Positions 44,385-57,900 of a stretch of DNA of 64,000 nt are shown here, one piece after another. Origin of the DNA: Utricularia gibba (Eukaryota; Plantae; Magnoliophyta); the NCBI GenBank assembly GCA_002189035.1, contig CM007992.1, positions 3,224,001-3,288,000 on the forward strand. Reading direction: 5' to 3'. Each line of letters opens with the position of its first letter. Position 1 is the first letter of the stretch. The notes below the pieces were generated by a model, which saw nothing but the letters and a program-made list of their open reading frames with translations, was not told where the DNA came from and made no database searches. A program made the position numbers and the translations under genes.

Positions 44385-47300
44385 ATGTCTCAGACCAACT
44401 GGGAAGCGGACAAAATGTAATCTTTCTTTGTTTTTGAGTAGCTTTTCTCTCTGTTTTAGCAAAAAGCTTTTTTCCGTGTGTACTCGAGAATGGCTTTTTT
44501 TCATTTTTTTAAGTGGAATTTTTGGCATTTGTGAGCGTCTTCCGTCAAGTCGTTCTTGGTCAATTTGGGTGGTTAGTGTCTTGTGTACTGCTCGGATACC
44601 AGCACAAGATGACTCTTGCTTTCCCTGTTTCTCTTCTACGGGCTAAGTGTTTTCTTATGTCGATTTTATTCAGAGCTCTGTTTCTCTGCTACATTTGTTC
44701 GATTCATTCTGCATTTGGAATTCTGTTTTCTATGTCTAGTAATGCATATGTTTCACTAGGTTGGATGTGTACATTCATGATTATCTAGTCAAGAGAGATT
44801 TGAAGGCCACTGCTCAGGCTTTTCAAGCTGAAGGAAAAGTATCATCTGATCCTGTTGGTGCGTTCTGGAACCTGAAATCTATAAATGTAGAGAAGAAAGA
44901 CAATATTAAGCTGCATTCACGTTTCTTTATATTTGAATTGAGTTATTTGTATATGTTTCAGCCATAGATGCGCCAGGTGGCTTTTTGTTTGAGTGGTGGT
45001 CAGTGTTTTGGGATATATTTATTGCCCGGACAAACGAAAAACATTCTGAAGTTGCTTCTTCGTACATTGAGGTGAATCTAAGGCCTTCATCTATGGAGCG
45101 AATCCTTTTGCTCTTTCATTATGCAATCATTTCTAGTTGGAAATGAATCATCTCCTTACATATGTTTGTGATTTAAATCCTATCTTGAATTCTGTTTGTT
45201 TAAGTTCGCTTCGTTTCATGATAAGACTCAGCTGATGAAGGCAAGGGAACAGCAGCAGCAGCAACAACCCTCCCAATTTCAACATTCCCAACAGCAGCAG
45301 CAGCAACTTCAGATGCAGCAGCTTTTAATGCAGAGGCAAGCTCAACAGCATCAACAACAACAGCAGCAGCAGCAGCAGCAACAACAACAGCCACAACAAC
45401 AGCAGCAGGCACATCAACCACAGCGGCAGGACAGTGGCCATCTCTTGAATGGTGCTGCAAACAGCATGGTTGGAAATGATCCTCTCACGAGGCAAAATCC
45501 AGGAACTGCAAATGCAATGGCAACGAAGATGTATGAAGAAAAGCTTAAGCTGCCTGTTCCAAGGGATGCTATGAATGATCCAGCATTGAAGGTAGTGTTT
45601 AAGGTTTTCTATGTAAACTAGAAGTTTGCTTACCATCTCTGAGTGCCTTTGATTTGTTTCCAGCAAAGATATGGTGACAATGTTGGACTGCTCTTAGATC
45701 CAAATCATGCATCATTACTGAAATCAGCTGCGGCAACAGGACAACCACCAGGGTATGGTCATTTTCCATCTGTTTATTAGAAGAAAGTGTCTTTTACATT
45801 CAATGGGATTCTCCGTTTTTTTCCTACATCCCTTATTTACTCTGATTTTAGGCAAGTGTTGCATGGAAATGCTGGTGGAATCTCTCCCCAGATTCAGGCA
45901 AGGGGCCAGCAATTTCCAGGATCTTCACCGGTAAGTACTTATGTTTTCTTGTTTATTCCCTGCTGTGTTTACTCACTGTGTATGCGTTTGTGAATTATTC
46001 CCAGGACATCAAACCAGAGATTACTCCCATAATGAATCAAAGAGGCCCAGGGCCAGAAGGATCATTAATTGGAATGCCTGGTATGCCACTATCTATGGCT
46101 ACCTCCTGTCAGTAATTCATTCCTACCTACAAAGAGAATCATATTATTGTCAACAGAGAACCTTGTAATGCTTCCCATTTTCTTGTAATTAATGTTCTTT
46201 TGAGAAATGGTTTACAATGTCATCTCCTTTAGGTTCAAGTCCTGGAGGTAATAATTTGACACTCAAGGGGTGGCCCCTAACAGTAAGTATCTTTGTGTTG
46301 TATTGGATTTCTGATGAACTCATCTAGCACTGTAATATTGGACCTTCAAATTTTTTTATATAAAGTCTTAATAAGATCCGAGGAGTGATGGATTATGCTG
46401 AGATGCATCATGAAACTTGTTGTATCAAATACTATAGGCAACTTTCTTGCATTGTTATCATGATTTTCAGTTATTTTTCTACATGTTTTCAGCTTCAAAT
46501 GTTGAAGCAGATGGGTGCATATGCCATTCTGTTTCACTGGCTCTCTGCACATCCTGAAAGTTCATTCCTTTATGGTGTAGGGTCTTGATCAGTTACGGTC
46601 CGGGCTTCTCCAGCAACCAAAACCATTTATGCAGGGTCCTCAGCCTTTCCATCAATTGCAAATGCTAGCATCTCAGCACCAGCAGCAGCTTATGCTTGCA
46701 CAACAAGGCTTAGCATCCCCATCAGCAAATGACTTGGAGAACCGAAGGCTCAAGATGTTTCTGAACAACCGAAGTTTATCCATGGGGAAAGATGGCTCCT
46801 CAAATTCAGCTGGCGACATTGCTTCTCATATCGGATCCCCTTTGCAGGCTGGTTGCCCTGTTCTGCCTCGTGCGGATCCTGAGATGCTGATGAAGGTACT
46901 CCTTATCCTTCTGGAGTATTTACAGCTTTGAGTTTATTTCTCTTTTTTTTTTCCTGTTAGTAACTATGTTTTTGTCATCTTGTAGTTGAAGATAGCTCAA
47001 CTACAGCAACAGCAGCAGCAGATGCAGCAACATAATCAAACACAACAGCTGCAGCAGCAACAGCAGCAGCATGCTCTCTCTGCTCAGCCACAGAACTCCA
47101 ATCACAATCTGCAGCAAGATAAAGTTATGGGTTCTGGAAACGTTGCTGCAGATACAAACATGCCAAATTCTCTCAGAGGGAATGATCAGGCACACTGTTT
47201 CCTGCAACTCTTTTCGACCCTTTAGTTAGTTTCATGTGGTTACATGCTACAAACCAAGCTACCCTTATGCTGATTTCTGGTGTTCTATATTATTCCAAGG

Positions 47301-49177
47301 CTTCAAAAAACACGACTGGGAGAAAGAGGAAGCAACCTGTATCGTCTTCTGGCCCTGCCAATAGCTCGGGAACAGCAAACACGGCTGGCCCATCTCCAAG
47401 TTCTGCTCCATCAACTCCCTCAAATCACACTGCAGGGGACGCTATGTCAGTCCCAACGTTGCCACACAATGGGGCAGCTTCCAAACCAATGATGATGTTT
47501 GGAGCTGATAACAGTAGTTCCCTTGCATCACCAGCGAACCCATTGGTAAGTAAAGTCTTGTTATCCCATGCAAATCCCAGTCCAGTTTATGTGGAGTGCT
47601 TGCTTCTCAGCCATCTGCTTTGACAGTGGGATGAAAAAAGTCTCGTTGAAGCCAATATGGATCAGTTTGTGGATGATGTTGAAGATAATGTAGAGTCTTT
47701 TCTATCACATGATGATGCTGATCCTCGAGATGCTGCTGGCCGATGTATGGATGTGAGCAAGGGTATGCACTGAGCTTTCTGCAACCCTGTGAATCTGCAA
47801 TGCTGTACTGACTGAGCAACATATTTGATTCTGTGGCATATTCATTCAGGGTTCTCGTTTGCTGAGGTGAACTTCGTTCGGGCAAGTGGTAGTAAAGTTT
47901 CATGCTGCCACTTCTCTTCGGATGGGAAGTTGCTTGCCAGCGGTGGCCATGACAAAAAGGTGAGTTCCAGGAACCAGAAGAATCACATGTTTTCTCTCTT
48001 GATTCCAAGAAGATCACTGTTTATCTGATGCTGGCAGGTGGCTTTATGGCATACAGAGACTCTGAAGCCCAAAGCTACACTTGAGGAGCACACATCACTC
48101 ATTACTGATCTTCGATTCAGTCCTAGCATGACTCGCCTCGCCACATCATCTTTCGACAAAACCGTCCGTGTCTGGGATGCTGATAATGTTAGTGAACCTA
48201 ATGCCTGTGCAGCGGCAACGGCCCTTGTTTTCTTGAATAGTGTTCTCACATGGAAAGCCTATCACTAATAGATTTCCCTGCTCACTTGGTGTTTTTGAGA
48301 GCAGCCTGGCTACTCTCTCCGTACCTTCACAGGGCATTCTGCTGGTGTAATGTCTGTGGACTTCCACCCCAACAAAGAAGATCTGATTTGCTCATGTGAT
48401 GGAGATGGTGAGGTTCGCTACTGGAGTATCAACAACGGAAGTTGCACCAGAGTTTTCAAGGTACAAATTGCAAAACAGGAACGTACCTCGACCAACATCA
48501 GTGTCCTGTTCCAATGTTAATGACTTTTTTTCCACTTTCACTTCAGGGTGGTACAGCTCAGGTAAGATTCCAACCCAGGATCGGAAGATATCTCGCTGCT
48601 GTAGCTGAGAATGTTGTGTCGATACTCGATTCTGAGACACAGGCGTGTAGACACTCGTTAAAGGTTGCTTCTCCTTCTCATCAGGACTTGTAGTTGCTAC
48701 ATTCTGTAATAAAGATGACCATATCTGCTTGCTTCTGGCTTTCAGGGACATACCAAACTGATTCACTCTGTTTGCTGGGATCCCACCGGGGAGCTACTAG
48801 CATCAGTCAGTGAGGATTCAGTTCGGGTGTGGACGATGAGGAACGGCAATGACGAAGGCGAATGCTTACATGAACTCCGGTGCAACGGCAACAAGTTCCA
48901 CTCTTGTGTTTTTCATCCCACATACCCATCTTTGCTCGTCATTGGCTGCTTCCAGGCAAGATCTCTCATCTAGTTGCAATAAAAAATGCCATCAACAAGC
49001 GCATTCTAACATCAATGAGTCAACACTTGGCAGTCTCTGGAGCTGTGGAACATGACAGAGAACAAGACAATGACACTCCCTGCACACGATGGACTGATCG
49101 CATCATTAGGCGTCTCAACTGCAGCTGGCCTCATCGCTTCTGCAAGCCATGATAAAACCATCAAACTTTGGAAGTGA
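44385..49177 (+). CDS. LUG: Transcriptional corepressor LEUNIG (LUFS, Q-rich and WD40 domains)
   Basis: [11 protein letters not shown]|[28 protein letters not shown], poly-Gln tracts, [24 protein letters not shown]40 repeats, and terminal [12 protein letters not shown]. Two GC donors are required (47190 and 48956). Confidence 0.96.
45250..45424 (+). repeat. CAG/CAA poly-glutamine tract in LUG
   Basis: Interrupted CAG/CAA runs in LUG exon 4; a second tract lies at about 47000-47070. Confidence 0.9.
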
Positions 49178-49837
49178 ATTCAGATTCAGCCCCTTGTACC
49201 TGGTGCTTTCCTGTATGTTGATCCCAACTTTTCAACCGCTTTCTTTCTTCGTTAGTGGTAGCAGCACTTCTGGCTTCTGTAGTGGAGACGTTTGTAGTTT
49301 TTGAAAAACTAGTTGCCCTTTATTTCGCTAATCTGAAAGTAATTCTTTTGTGTGAATTTCACACAGCGGACAAGACCTGGACTTCAAATATAATACTTGC
49401 GAAAGTTAGAGAGAATCATTTCTCCCTTCGATGCTAAAAACATCGAAGCTCTCGTAGCAACTCTTTTGAAGCCCTGGAGCTCCATCCTTAACCTGTTGCA
49501 ATTTTTCAGTACCTGGAATTCACTTGAAGCTTGCAGATTTCTAGCTAAACAGTGGAGCTTGCAAAAACATCAAGAAAAATAAAATCAAAAACCAAAATAG
49601 ATGCATGCTATAACTGAACAGAGCATATCAATATGCCCCATGCTGATTGGAAGCATGGCTTTTATGAGATCTCATCAACAGCTAATGGAAATCGAAGACA
49701 TAGTTCTCAGGCTACTGTCCTTATTTGAGTTTCAGAGACAACAATATTAAAAGCCTTGCTCCATGGTGGCTTAGATTTCCATATCAGGAGCGAATAGAAA
49801 AAGGCAAAAACTTTCAGGATGTCATCGGGAGGGATGT

Positions 49838-50321
49838 TCACTTATCCTCTTGCACAGGCTTCTCGAAAAATGTCTTCCTAATCCAATCGAAAGGCTGTGA
49901 ACAACACATGAAAAAACACAAGAAATTAGAGCACACTTCGTTTGCAACAAACATAAAGGTATGAACACCATAATATACTTCCTCGGTGCAGACCGATTTT
50001 TTCATGCACATCCCCTAAAAAATTAAATTTTCCATCCCTAGTCTAAAACTGCATTCGGCGACAATTCATCCAGAAATCCACAACAATCGCAGCAGGTACA
50101 CACGCAGGCCATCTCACAGCCTTCGAAAATAAAAATTCAGAACACTCTAAAGACCCAAGATATATATCCGCGCACATGAGGAAAAAAACGAGGCGGATCA
50201 CCTGAACAAGATAGAGCCCTGCAGTCCCCGCGGCGATGCCCCAGGTCGCGGCGGCCTGAATATCTCCAGCTTGCAGCCGGCCCGGAATCAACTTCAGTAA
50301 TCCAGATCTGGGTGTAGGCAT
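49838..50321 (-). CDS. QCR10: Cytochrome bc1 complex 6.7-kDa subunit
   Basis: Exon 50321-50202 gives MPTPRSGLLKLIPGRLQAGDIQAAATWGIAAGTAGLYLVQ and exon 49894-49838 gives PFDWIRKTFFEKPVQEDK*; 58 aa with the family signature W-G...LVQPFDW. Confidence 0.9.
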
Positions 50322-50435
50322 TCTCCGATTTCTCGATTCGATTCAACACGGAATTGTTTGAAAACCGTATTGTTCTTTACCGTCAACTTGCAGTTTTTGT
50401 ACCAAAATTTAAAAAAAAAAAAAAAAACCAAAAGG

Positions 50436-50465
50436 AGCCCAGTTTAAGCCCAAACTCTAGGCCCA
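50436..50465 (-). promoter_or_regulatory. Three site II elements upstream of QCR10
   Basis: TGGGCY on the minus strand at 50436, 50447 and 50460. Site II elements are well known in promoters of plant respiratory-chain genes. Confidence 0.65.
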
Positions 50466-50524
50466 TAAAAATAAATATTTTTTAATTAAAAGATTTAAAA
50501 GAATACAAAATACTGGCTTCAGTT

Positions 50525-53500
50525 TTAACTGTCGGAATCTGTCAAGACTGGAGTCTCCAGTTCTTCCATCCGTGCTGAAGCAAACGACTCCTGAGTCTCA
50601 ACACTCGAGAGAGACGATGGGGAGTCATCGGACTCAGAGATAACCTCATCCCCCAAGATAATGTGTTCGTCGTCGTCGTCTTCGTCGTCCTCCGATATAT
50701 CCGAGCCAGAGCCTCCGTTGAGGAGCTTGTTTATGGCTCCTTTTGCAGCTTCCATGAACCATTCGTCCTCCCGGAGGGAACTTACAAGAATATGCAAGGT
50801 CTGGACTGTTAGAGGAGCTTGGTTGTTGCAAGAATAAGAGAAGATAAGTTTTTCTTTTTTTGGTTACCTCTGTGGGTCTATTCCCCGGGCTGAGAATGCT
50901 TTGATGGCACGGGCGATTATGCCTGATGATATCTTGTGTACGTTTCTCGAGGGGTAGCCGGCAAAGCGGGCGATTTCAACGGTGAAGTGCATGTCAAGAA
51001 CCAACTGCAAGTGCAAGGTAATTGAGGGATCATTTATTGGAAACATTATGGATTGCAGAAAAGCAGATGATTCAGGATATATTTAGTGGTGTTTGAAAGT
51101 GGTGAAAAGGAAAGAACCTGCTGTAGCCCAAGAGGGCGAAGGGGAACTGAACTGTTCTCAAGGACATCCCAGAATTCCTGCTCATCCGAGAGCCATATGA
51201 CCACGGTTTCCATAAGCCGAGCAAGTAGAACTTTCTGTATTTTTTCTCTTCCAAGTAGCACATCTCCAGCAACTGTAGCAAGTTGCTCCAGCTTCCCGAA
51301 TAGCGCCTGTAAAATGGGTATCGATCAAAAGGCATCAGACTTTGTATGTGTGCACACAAGATAGAATGAGGTGCGGGAAGGATGTACAATACCTGGAATG
51401 GGAGAGAGGGAAAAGGGTCAGAATCCCATATCAAATCCTGTTCTTTACCGCCTAAATATATCTGGGCATCGAGTTTAGTCTCCCCATCTCTTGAATAAAT
51501 AAAACTCAATACATATTGCCGGCAAAAATGATCCCTGAGTTTGTCCAGGGAGTGCTGAAGCTGGCGCCTCCATTCCTTAGGATCAAGGGAAATGCTCACA
51601 GGAGGCAATAAATTATCAGAGAGATCATTTCCAGCTTCCTTGCTTTCATTCAAGACATTCCATATTCGAGAAACCACCATAGGCAATAATTCCTCCGCAA
51701 TGGTGAAAGCAGTGCCCAACAATGCAAGCTGCTGGGCATCAGTCTCTGCTTTAAAAGGCACCGGATCCTTCAGCTCCATTAGATTATCATCCTCGGTTGC
51801 GCCAGTTAAGGATCTTCTCAAGATGTCAATATAGTTATCAAAAAGAAGCGAAATTCTGGTCAGTACGTTCCCTCCAAAATGCAGGATGGCCAACCGGGAA
51901 AGCTGGTCGATTATCTCCTGGAAACATGAGCAGCAACAGCAAAATCTCAGGGGCTTGTCTAATCTCATGCAAGAAGATAGTCTACTAGTGAAAATTGGCA
52001 TGAAAAATATACATGAAGTAGAAAAATAGAAAAGAAACCACGAAGACAAAAATAATTAAAAATCCAATGATGATATTAGGTGATAAACAGATGCCAATAA
52101 AAAAAAGTAACAAAAAGGTTGCACCTTCACAACAAAGATAAATCTCATTCCACCATCAACATGTGTCCTATCAGATGATTTCACCAAAGCAGAAAGTGGA
52201 GAAGCGAAACGAGGTGACAAAGGCATGCTCTCTTCAGTTCCTTCCAAATCAAGAACCCTTTTTCTGGCACGTCTGAAATTTAATTCCAGAACTTCTTCAA
52301 CATATGGCTGCAACAGCACCAGAAGTAACTTTTTCAGCTTCAGACCTTGTGCTTCCAATGCAGAGCAGTGATTAAGTGTCGCCTGAACACACACACATAC
52401 TGCACGTAAAGCAGAAGAAGTCTCCGGGGTGGTGCATTTTCTATTACCAATCTCACGAGAGATTCAATTTCCCACTCTGCCCATTGAACAATTTTATTGC
52501 TATACACAGGATTATCACCAAACATGCGACCAGAGTCCCTTGATGCTGATGAAATCATACTGAAAACAAGGTTAGACAATGTGGCTGAATAGGTTTCAGG
52601 AAAGCAAGGGCATATAGCAAGAAAGTCTTCAATGCTTCTCTGCAAATGTGAACCATAGGATTTCAAGAATATTTGATGTGCCATTGGACCTTTCCCAAGC
52701 TTTAACAAACCAGATAACGCCTTCTTCAATTCCAAAATACCAACAGATGGTTGTTGGCTGAACTCAATCAACTGATTTTCAAGCATTGATTTCCTCTCCA
52801 TAAAAGAAGACTTAAATGATGAGCATTCATCAGCATCAACTGTTTGTTTCAGTTCCAAGTTATTCCGCTCCTCAGACTCAATTGCATCTATTGCTTCCTC
52901 TATTTTATGCTCTGCTAAAAGGACATCAACATGCTCCAGGAATTGGATCCTGCGATTCTCTTTTTCATTTGGTAAAATAATGTCAGTTTCAGGAGCCTGA
53001 GAATCATCATTGGCTTGCAAAACATCACCCACAGCATGACTCCAACGTTCCAGTTCATGGAATACGCCCGTAAGTATATCCTGCACCAAAATTCCTTGCG
53101 CAGATATGTGCTTTTGAAGCTCCCTTAACTCGTGTTTCATCTCAACCACCTCAACTGGTAACCTTCAGTTTTGTTTGCAAAAATAAGAAAACCATTTGAA
53201 AAAGGAAAAGATCAACCAAAACAGAGAGCTGAGTGCAAGAAAAATTTATGACAGTTACACGGATGTAAGTAAATGGCTTTATAAATAATTTCAACAAATC
53301 CAGAACACGGAAAACAAGCTAAAATCTTATATCCGCATTCTCAGGTAATGATCCATTTTCACACTTAGAGAAAACTTCGCCCCTACCTCATGAATGCCAT
53401 GTACTTCGTGCGTGTATTGCTGCACAAGTTCTCCACTGCATCTTTCAGATCCAAAAGCTCAAAGCATATCTTTCTGATGCCCTGCGAGAAAATAATATTG

Positions 53501-53916
53501 TAGGGGCAACACACAGAACCTCAGAAACTAACGAAATTGATGCGAATTTGCAACGGTCGACTAGTATCTATTGTTGGGCAAGTGCACAGAAAATCTCAGT
53601 TTCACTACAGCATTTACAAAAGCAAATTATGCGCACATCTAAGCGTTCCTTCCCAACTATGCATACATAAGCAACAGTGCAAATCATCATGAAACCAGAA
53701 CCTAAACCTACAAACGCACGAGAAGAGCTCGTATCAGAGAAAAAATGGCATATACACAAACCCAAAAAAAATGTAATTATTGAGCATCTTTTCTTATCAG
53801 AAGTTCCCATTTGTAACCTTCTCAGTTTTGGACTGGTAAATAGTGTCGATTTTGGACTGAGGTGTGACACTTTCCATGGAAGGGAAGTCTTCCTCTTCTT
53901 CGCTACTCTCCACCAT
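50525..53916 (-). CDS. EXO84C: Exocyst subunit EXO84C, with an apparent 1-nt frameshift near 52427
   Basis: [33 protein letters not shown]|[20 protein letters not shown]..., [41 protein letters not shown]. The conserved frame switches at AAT GCA CCA CCC CG GAG ACT. Confidence 0.92.
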
Positions 53917-54131
53917 TCTAGTCCTCTGTTGCCCCATCCACTCCAATTACTGCAAGAGTTAAACTACCCAAGGAAAAAGACAGCAAACAAAAGCAAAACC
54001 AGCACTTTCTTCTTCGTGTTGCTTTCTGGCCTGTTTCAGAGCAAGGTTGGGTTCTTCAGGAACCACCAACGTCTGAATTGGTTCCTTCTTCTTGCCGTAC
54101 GGTACGGTACAACAGGCCAATTTTATTACAT

Positions 54132-54189
54132 TGGGCCCATTACAAAGCCCAAATACCCTCATATGAGCTTGTCGGACTTTTTGTGGGCC
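54132..54189. promoter_or_regulatory. Site II elements upstream of EXO84C
   Basis: TGGGCC at 54132, AGCCCA at 54146 and TGGGCC at 54184. Confidence 0.55.
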
Positions 54190-54983
54190 TGATGAAATTT
54201 GGCCGAATTTTCTTTTTCATGTGTTTTTCAATAAAATAAATATATTTTCAGTTTAACAATATGAAACTGCTCTCACAGCTCAATGACTTACTACCTATAG
54301 ATCATACGATACTATGTAAATACGTAATACGTTATTACGGTAATATGATAATATTCAAATATTAAAAAATACATGATAAATATGTTTAATTCCAAAACAT
54401 TTTATAATTTTTTTATTTAATAATAATATAATTCATATATAAAAATAATAATAATAATTGACATATAATTTTAAAAAATCATATTAAACATATAATAATT
54501 GATGTTTCAATAGTTTTGAAAGTAGAATGTTACCAACCAAATAACACGTTTTTTTAATATATATTGTACAAGTATTTAAATATTGTTTGTATATTTAATA
54601 CTTTTTATATGAAATATTTTCGCAATTGGTACACCACAAGTTAATTATCATAACTTATAGGCCTCATTCCACCATTAACAATTAGATTTAATTTTGATAT
54701 CAAATATCATAATCTATCCATTTTTATATAATATCATATTTAAACGTTAATTTTTATGATTTTACGCTTTCCTATTTTAAGAAAAAAAACTCATACAAAA
54801 TTAGAAATATTACTATATTTAAACAAATTCATTTTGACATGTTTCCCAAAAAAAGTCTGATTGATATCATTCTGTTTGCACTTGTCTATTCTACCATGCT
54901 TAAATTTCAAGGCAGGCAAACTAAGGTTCAGCTATATTGTAAGCACAAAGCTGGAAAGAAGATGGGCAGGAATGGAATCAGGA

Positions 54984-57900
54984 TCAAGTTTCCCCGGCCG
55001 GGTGTGCAGAAGATATGTCCATGTCGTTCAGACCAAGCTCCTCATTCTGCTCCCAGCTTCTCTCATATTCCTCAACTGTAAAGCCAACAACCCAACAAGA
55101 GAAACATCAACTTCATAGCTGCATCCCAGAAGAGATTCATGAAGTCTTACATGTTAGCTGAGTGTCATCCTTGAGTTGATCAGTCACAGGGGCCACGAAC
55201 GAATTTGCAAGAGGATCATCGATAACCAGAGACCAAGGTTCTTCCAACTTTACTAGCTATTGAAACGCCCACAAAACTTGTTGCAGGGGAATTGATACTG
55301 GGAATTTGAAGTTGGAGAAGTATGCAAAATGTCGTGTACCTTGTCGATTTTTGCTCTGAATTCCTTCCACTTGCTTTTCCGAGTATCTTCGAGGCTGTCG
55401 CCGAATGTGAACCCATGCACTCGCTCAAGACCTGCGATTTGAAGGTAGTTGGAGGGTGGCAGTTGAAAATAGCCGGAAACAACTTAAGTGGTTGAAAGGG
55501 AAGCATGCTTTCTCTACACATAGGCCTCCTTTTTTCATGTTTATTTCAGAAGAGTGAACTGTTAACCGTTTTTCCAATGCAACATACTTACTTTCACTGA
55601 TCTTGGTGATCAAGCCTTCAACAGTTGTAACAAGTCCACCTAACGTTCCAGCAGTCAGTTCCAATTCAACTTCCGGAATTTCCACAGAGGATGAATCAGA
55701 CTGCAATAATTGAGACATAACAATGTCAGGAAAAAAAAAAAGCAAAGCCCGATGCACATGAGGTCAGTGGTATCCTTTTTCATGTTTCATGGGAGCTCGA
55801 GGATTAAATCTCCAGGAGTAATGGCATGTAAGCAGTGTATTTCTCAAAGAAAAAGATTATAGAACGAAGACAATGTTACTTCAGGGTACAAAAACACGTT
55901 GTGACAAGAGTTAAAACCATGGTTGGACATCAAAAAGGAAATCAATGGCTTGCTTAAGAGATGTTAGAATAATGGCAATGAATAAAGTAGCCACTTCTGT
56001 ACCTTTATCACATCCCGGGTAAGATCTTTTATGCTCTTCACTTGAACACTTATCCTTTTACCCTTCTCAGGAATGCGTCCACCGGGTTTTACCTGGAACA
56101 TGAAACAAGGAATCACCACTCTTGGAGAATGAAATTGCAGTCACATCAAAGCAAACATAGGTAACAAGGTATGAAATGACCAAACCTCAGAATTACGGTA
56201 GCCACAGGAATCACATGAGGATGCCATCACGATAACCTCCTGGAAGTGAGGAATATCTGACTAAAGTTAAGCAAAAAAATTGACAGAATGATCTCTGTTC
56301 CTCAAGTGCACAGCTAACCCAGCGAATTTTCCAAAGTTACTGATCAAACATTTTCTAGACAGGGAATCACCGAAAGCAACAAAAAATGCATTTACACCAC
56401 AAGATAACTTTCACTAGCATTATTCAACTTCATCATATTGAAGGAAATGCAAAAAGGATACTCATGACAAACATGCGACACTCACAACTTCCAGCACAAG
56501 CTCCACAAGTTGATGGAAAAGTCATAACCTGTCCACAAAAATTATGTCAGACATGCAAAAACTGAATTCAAGAATCAGGAGTGATGAATGATACCTCTTC
56601 TGGAGGTGAATATCTAGACAACCCATCCACAATTTCTGCACTATTACTCTGTGCAATAGCTCTAAGGCAAGCTCTAGCCCCCACAGAACCATGCTGCTCT
56701 TCAATCCTTTGACTAATAGCTTGAGATCCCTCTAAATAAGTTTTTGTGCTGGCTACTTCTTTTGATTTGTCAACCAGGTACCCTAAGGCAGCTTGTTGAT
56801 CAGGGGTCCGATCATAGAACTTGATAATCAATGATGGATCAGGTGATGGCGCATTGCTGCTCAGACAAGGTTAACGTCCCTCACAAAAGCAGATAAAGTT
56901 ACCAGAATTTAAATCATATGTGCAATCCTCTTACAGATTCTCAATAAAGCTGTTTCCCGCTGGATCATCGATAATAAAGGTAAAATGCATCTCTCCAGCG
57001 ACACAAGCTCTCAACTTTGCCAAGAATGCATCTATTGCGTCAGCTGTAACAGGATCTTCTTTCTATAGAAAAAGCAAAAAGTGAAAAGTTTTAACATCGA
57101 ATAAACAAAATACATGAGAAACCCCACCTTTCTTTCTTCCTGAAGGGATTCCAGTGCATCTGCAGCTCTTGTCAGTATGCCTTCGACCTACAATTGCACA
57201 AAAAAAAAAAAAACCCATAAAATCATGAGGACAGTGCCGAAGTAGGAGATGTGTGACCTTCAGGTGCATATAGCTGAAGGCTATGACCACAAATGCAAAA
57301 TTCCAAGAATATGTTCAATTCCAAAATATATATTTGAGGGAGAACACAAGACGTGGCTGATTCATCATTCCTAATTGAAGAATAAAAAAATCCAAGAGAA
57401 AACATATTTATTTAAGAAAGATGAAGAGCGCACCGTTGACAAAGAACCTCGCTGTGACTCAGGAGGAATTTCAAAGTCCAATTCAGGAATCTGAATGGTA
57501 AGCAGAACAAAGAGGGTTACAGGTTATCAACATACCCAAGCAAGGAACAAAAAAAAAACACGCATTCAATAGTGGTTAAGGAAATCTAATACAGGATAAG
57601 CAGCCATTAATGCAAGTCAGTGAAGAGAAGCACCTTAATTGTTGCACTTTCTGATTTCACAACCTGACGAGTAAACATCTGCGCATAAAAGTCAGCCAAA
57701 AAACCCAGTTATACGAAAATTCCGTGCTGTGTGGCAAAAAATGAAGCTCTATCCAATAGTGGAGAGCTAATGAAATGAGATTTGGATCCTGAAATAGTTT
57801 TGATATTAAGCAGATTCTGTAAGACCAAAAACGGGCATATGAACAAATAATCCAGAAGATGAGATGCCCTGATTACCAGTTGATGAGTAAAAAATATATC

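Noticed and set aside
45200-45666. Minus-strand poly-Ala, poly-Val and poly-Leu ORFs
   Set aside because: These are antisense shadows of the LUG CAG/CAA tract.
53568-54192. 100-aa and 171-aa ORFs over the EXO84C 5' end
   Set aside because: They are alternative-frame or antisense read-throughs of EXO84C exon 1, its intron and its promoter.
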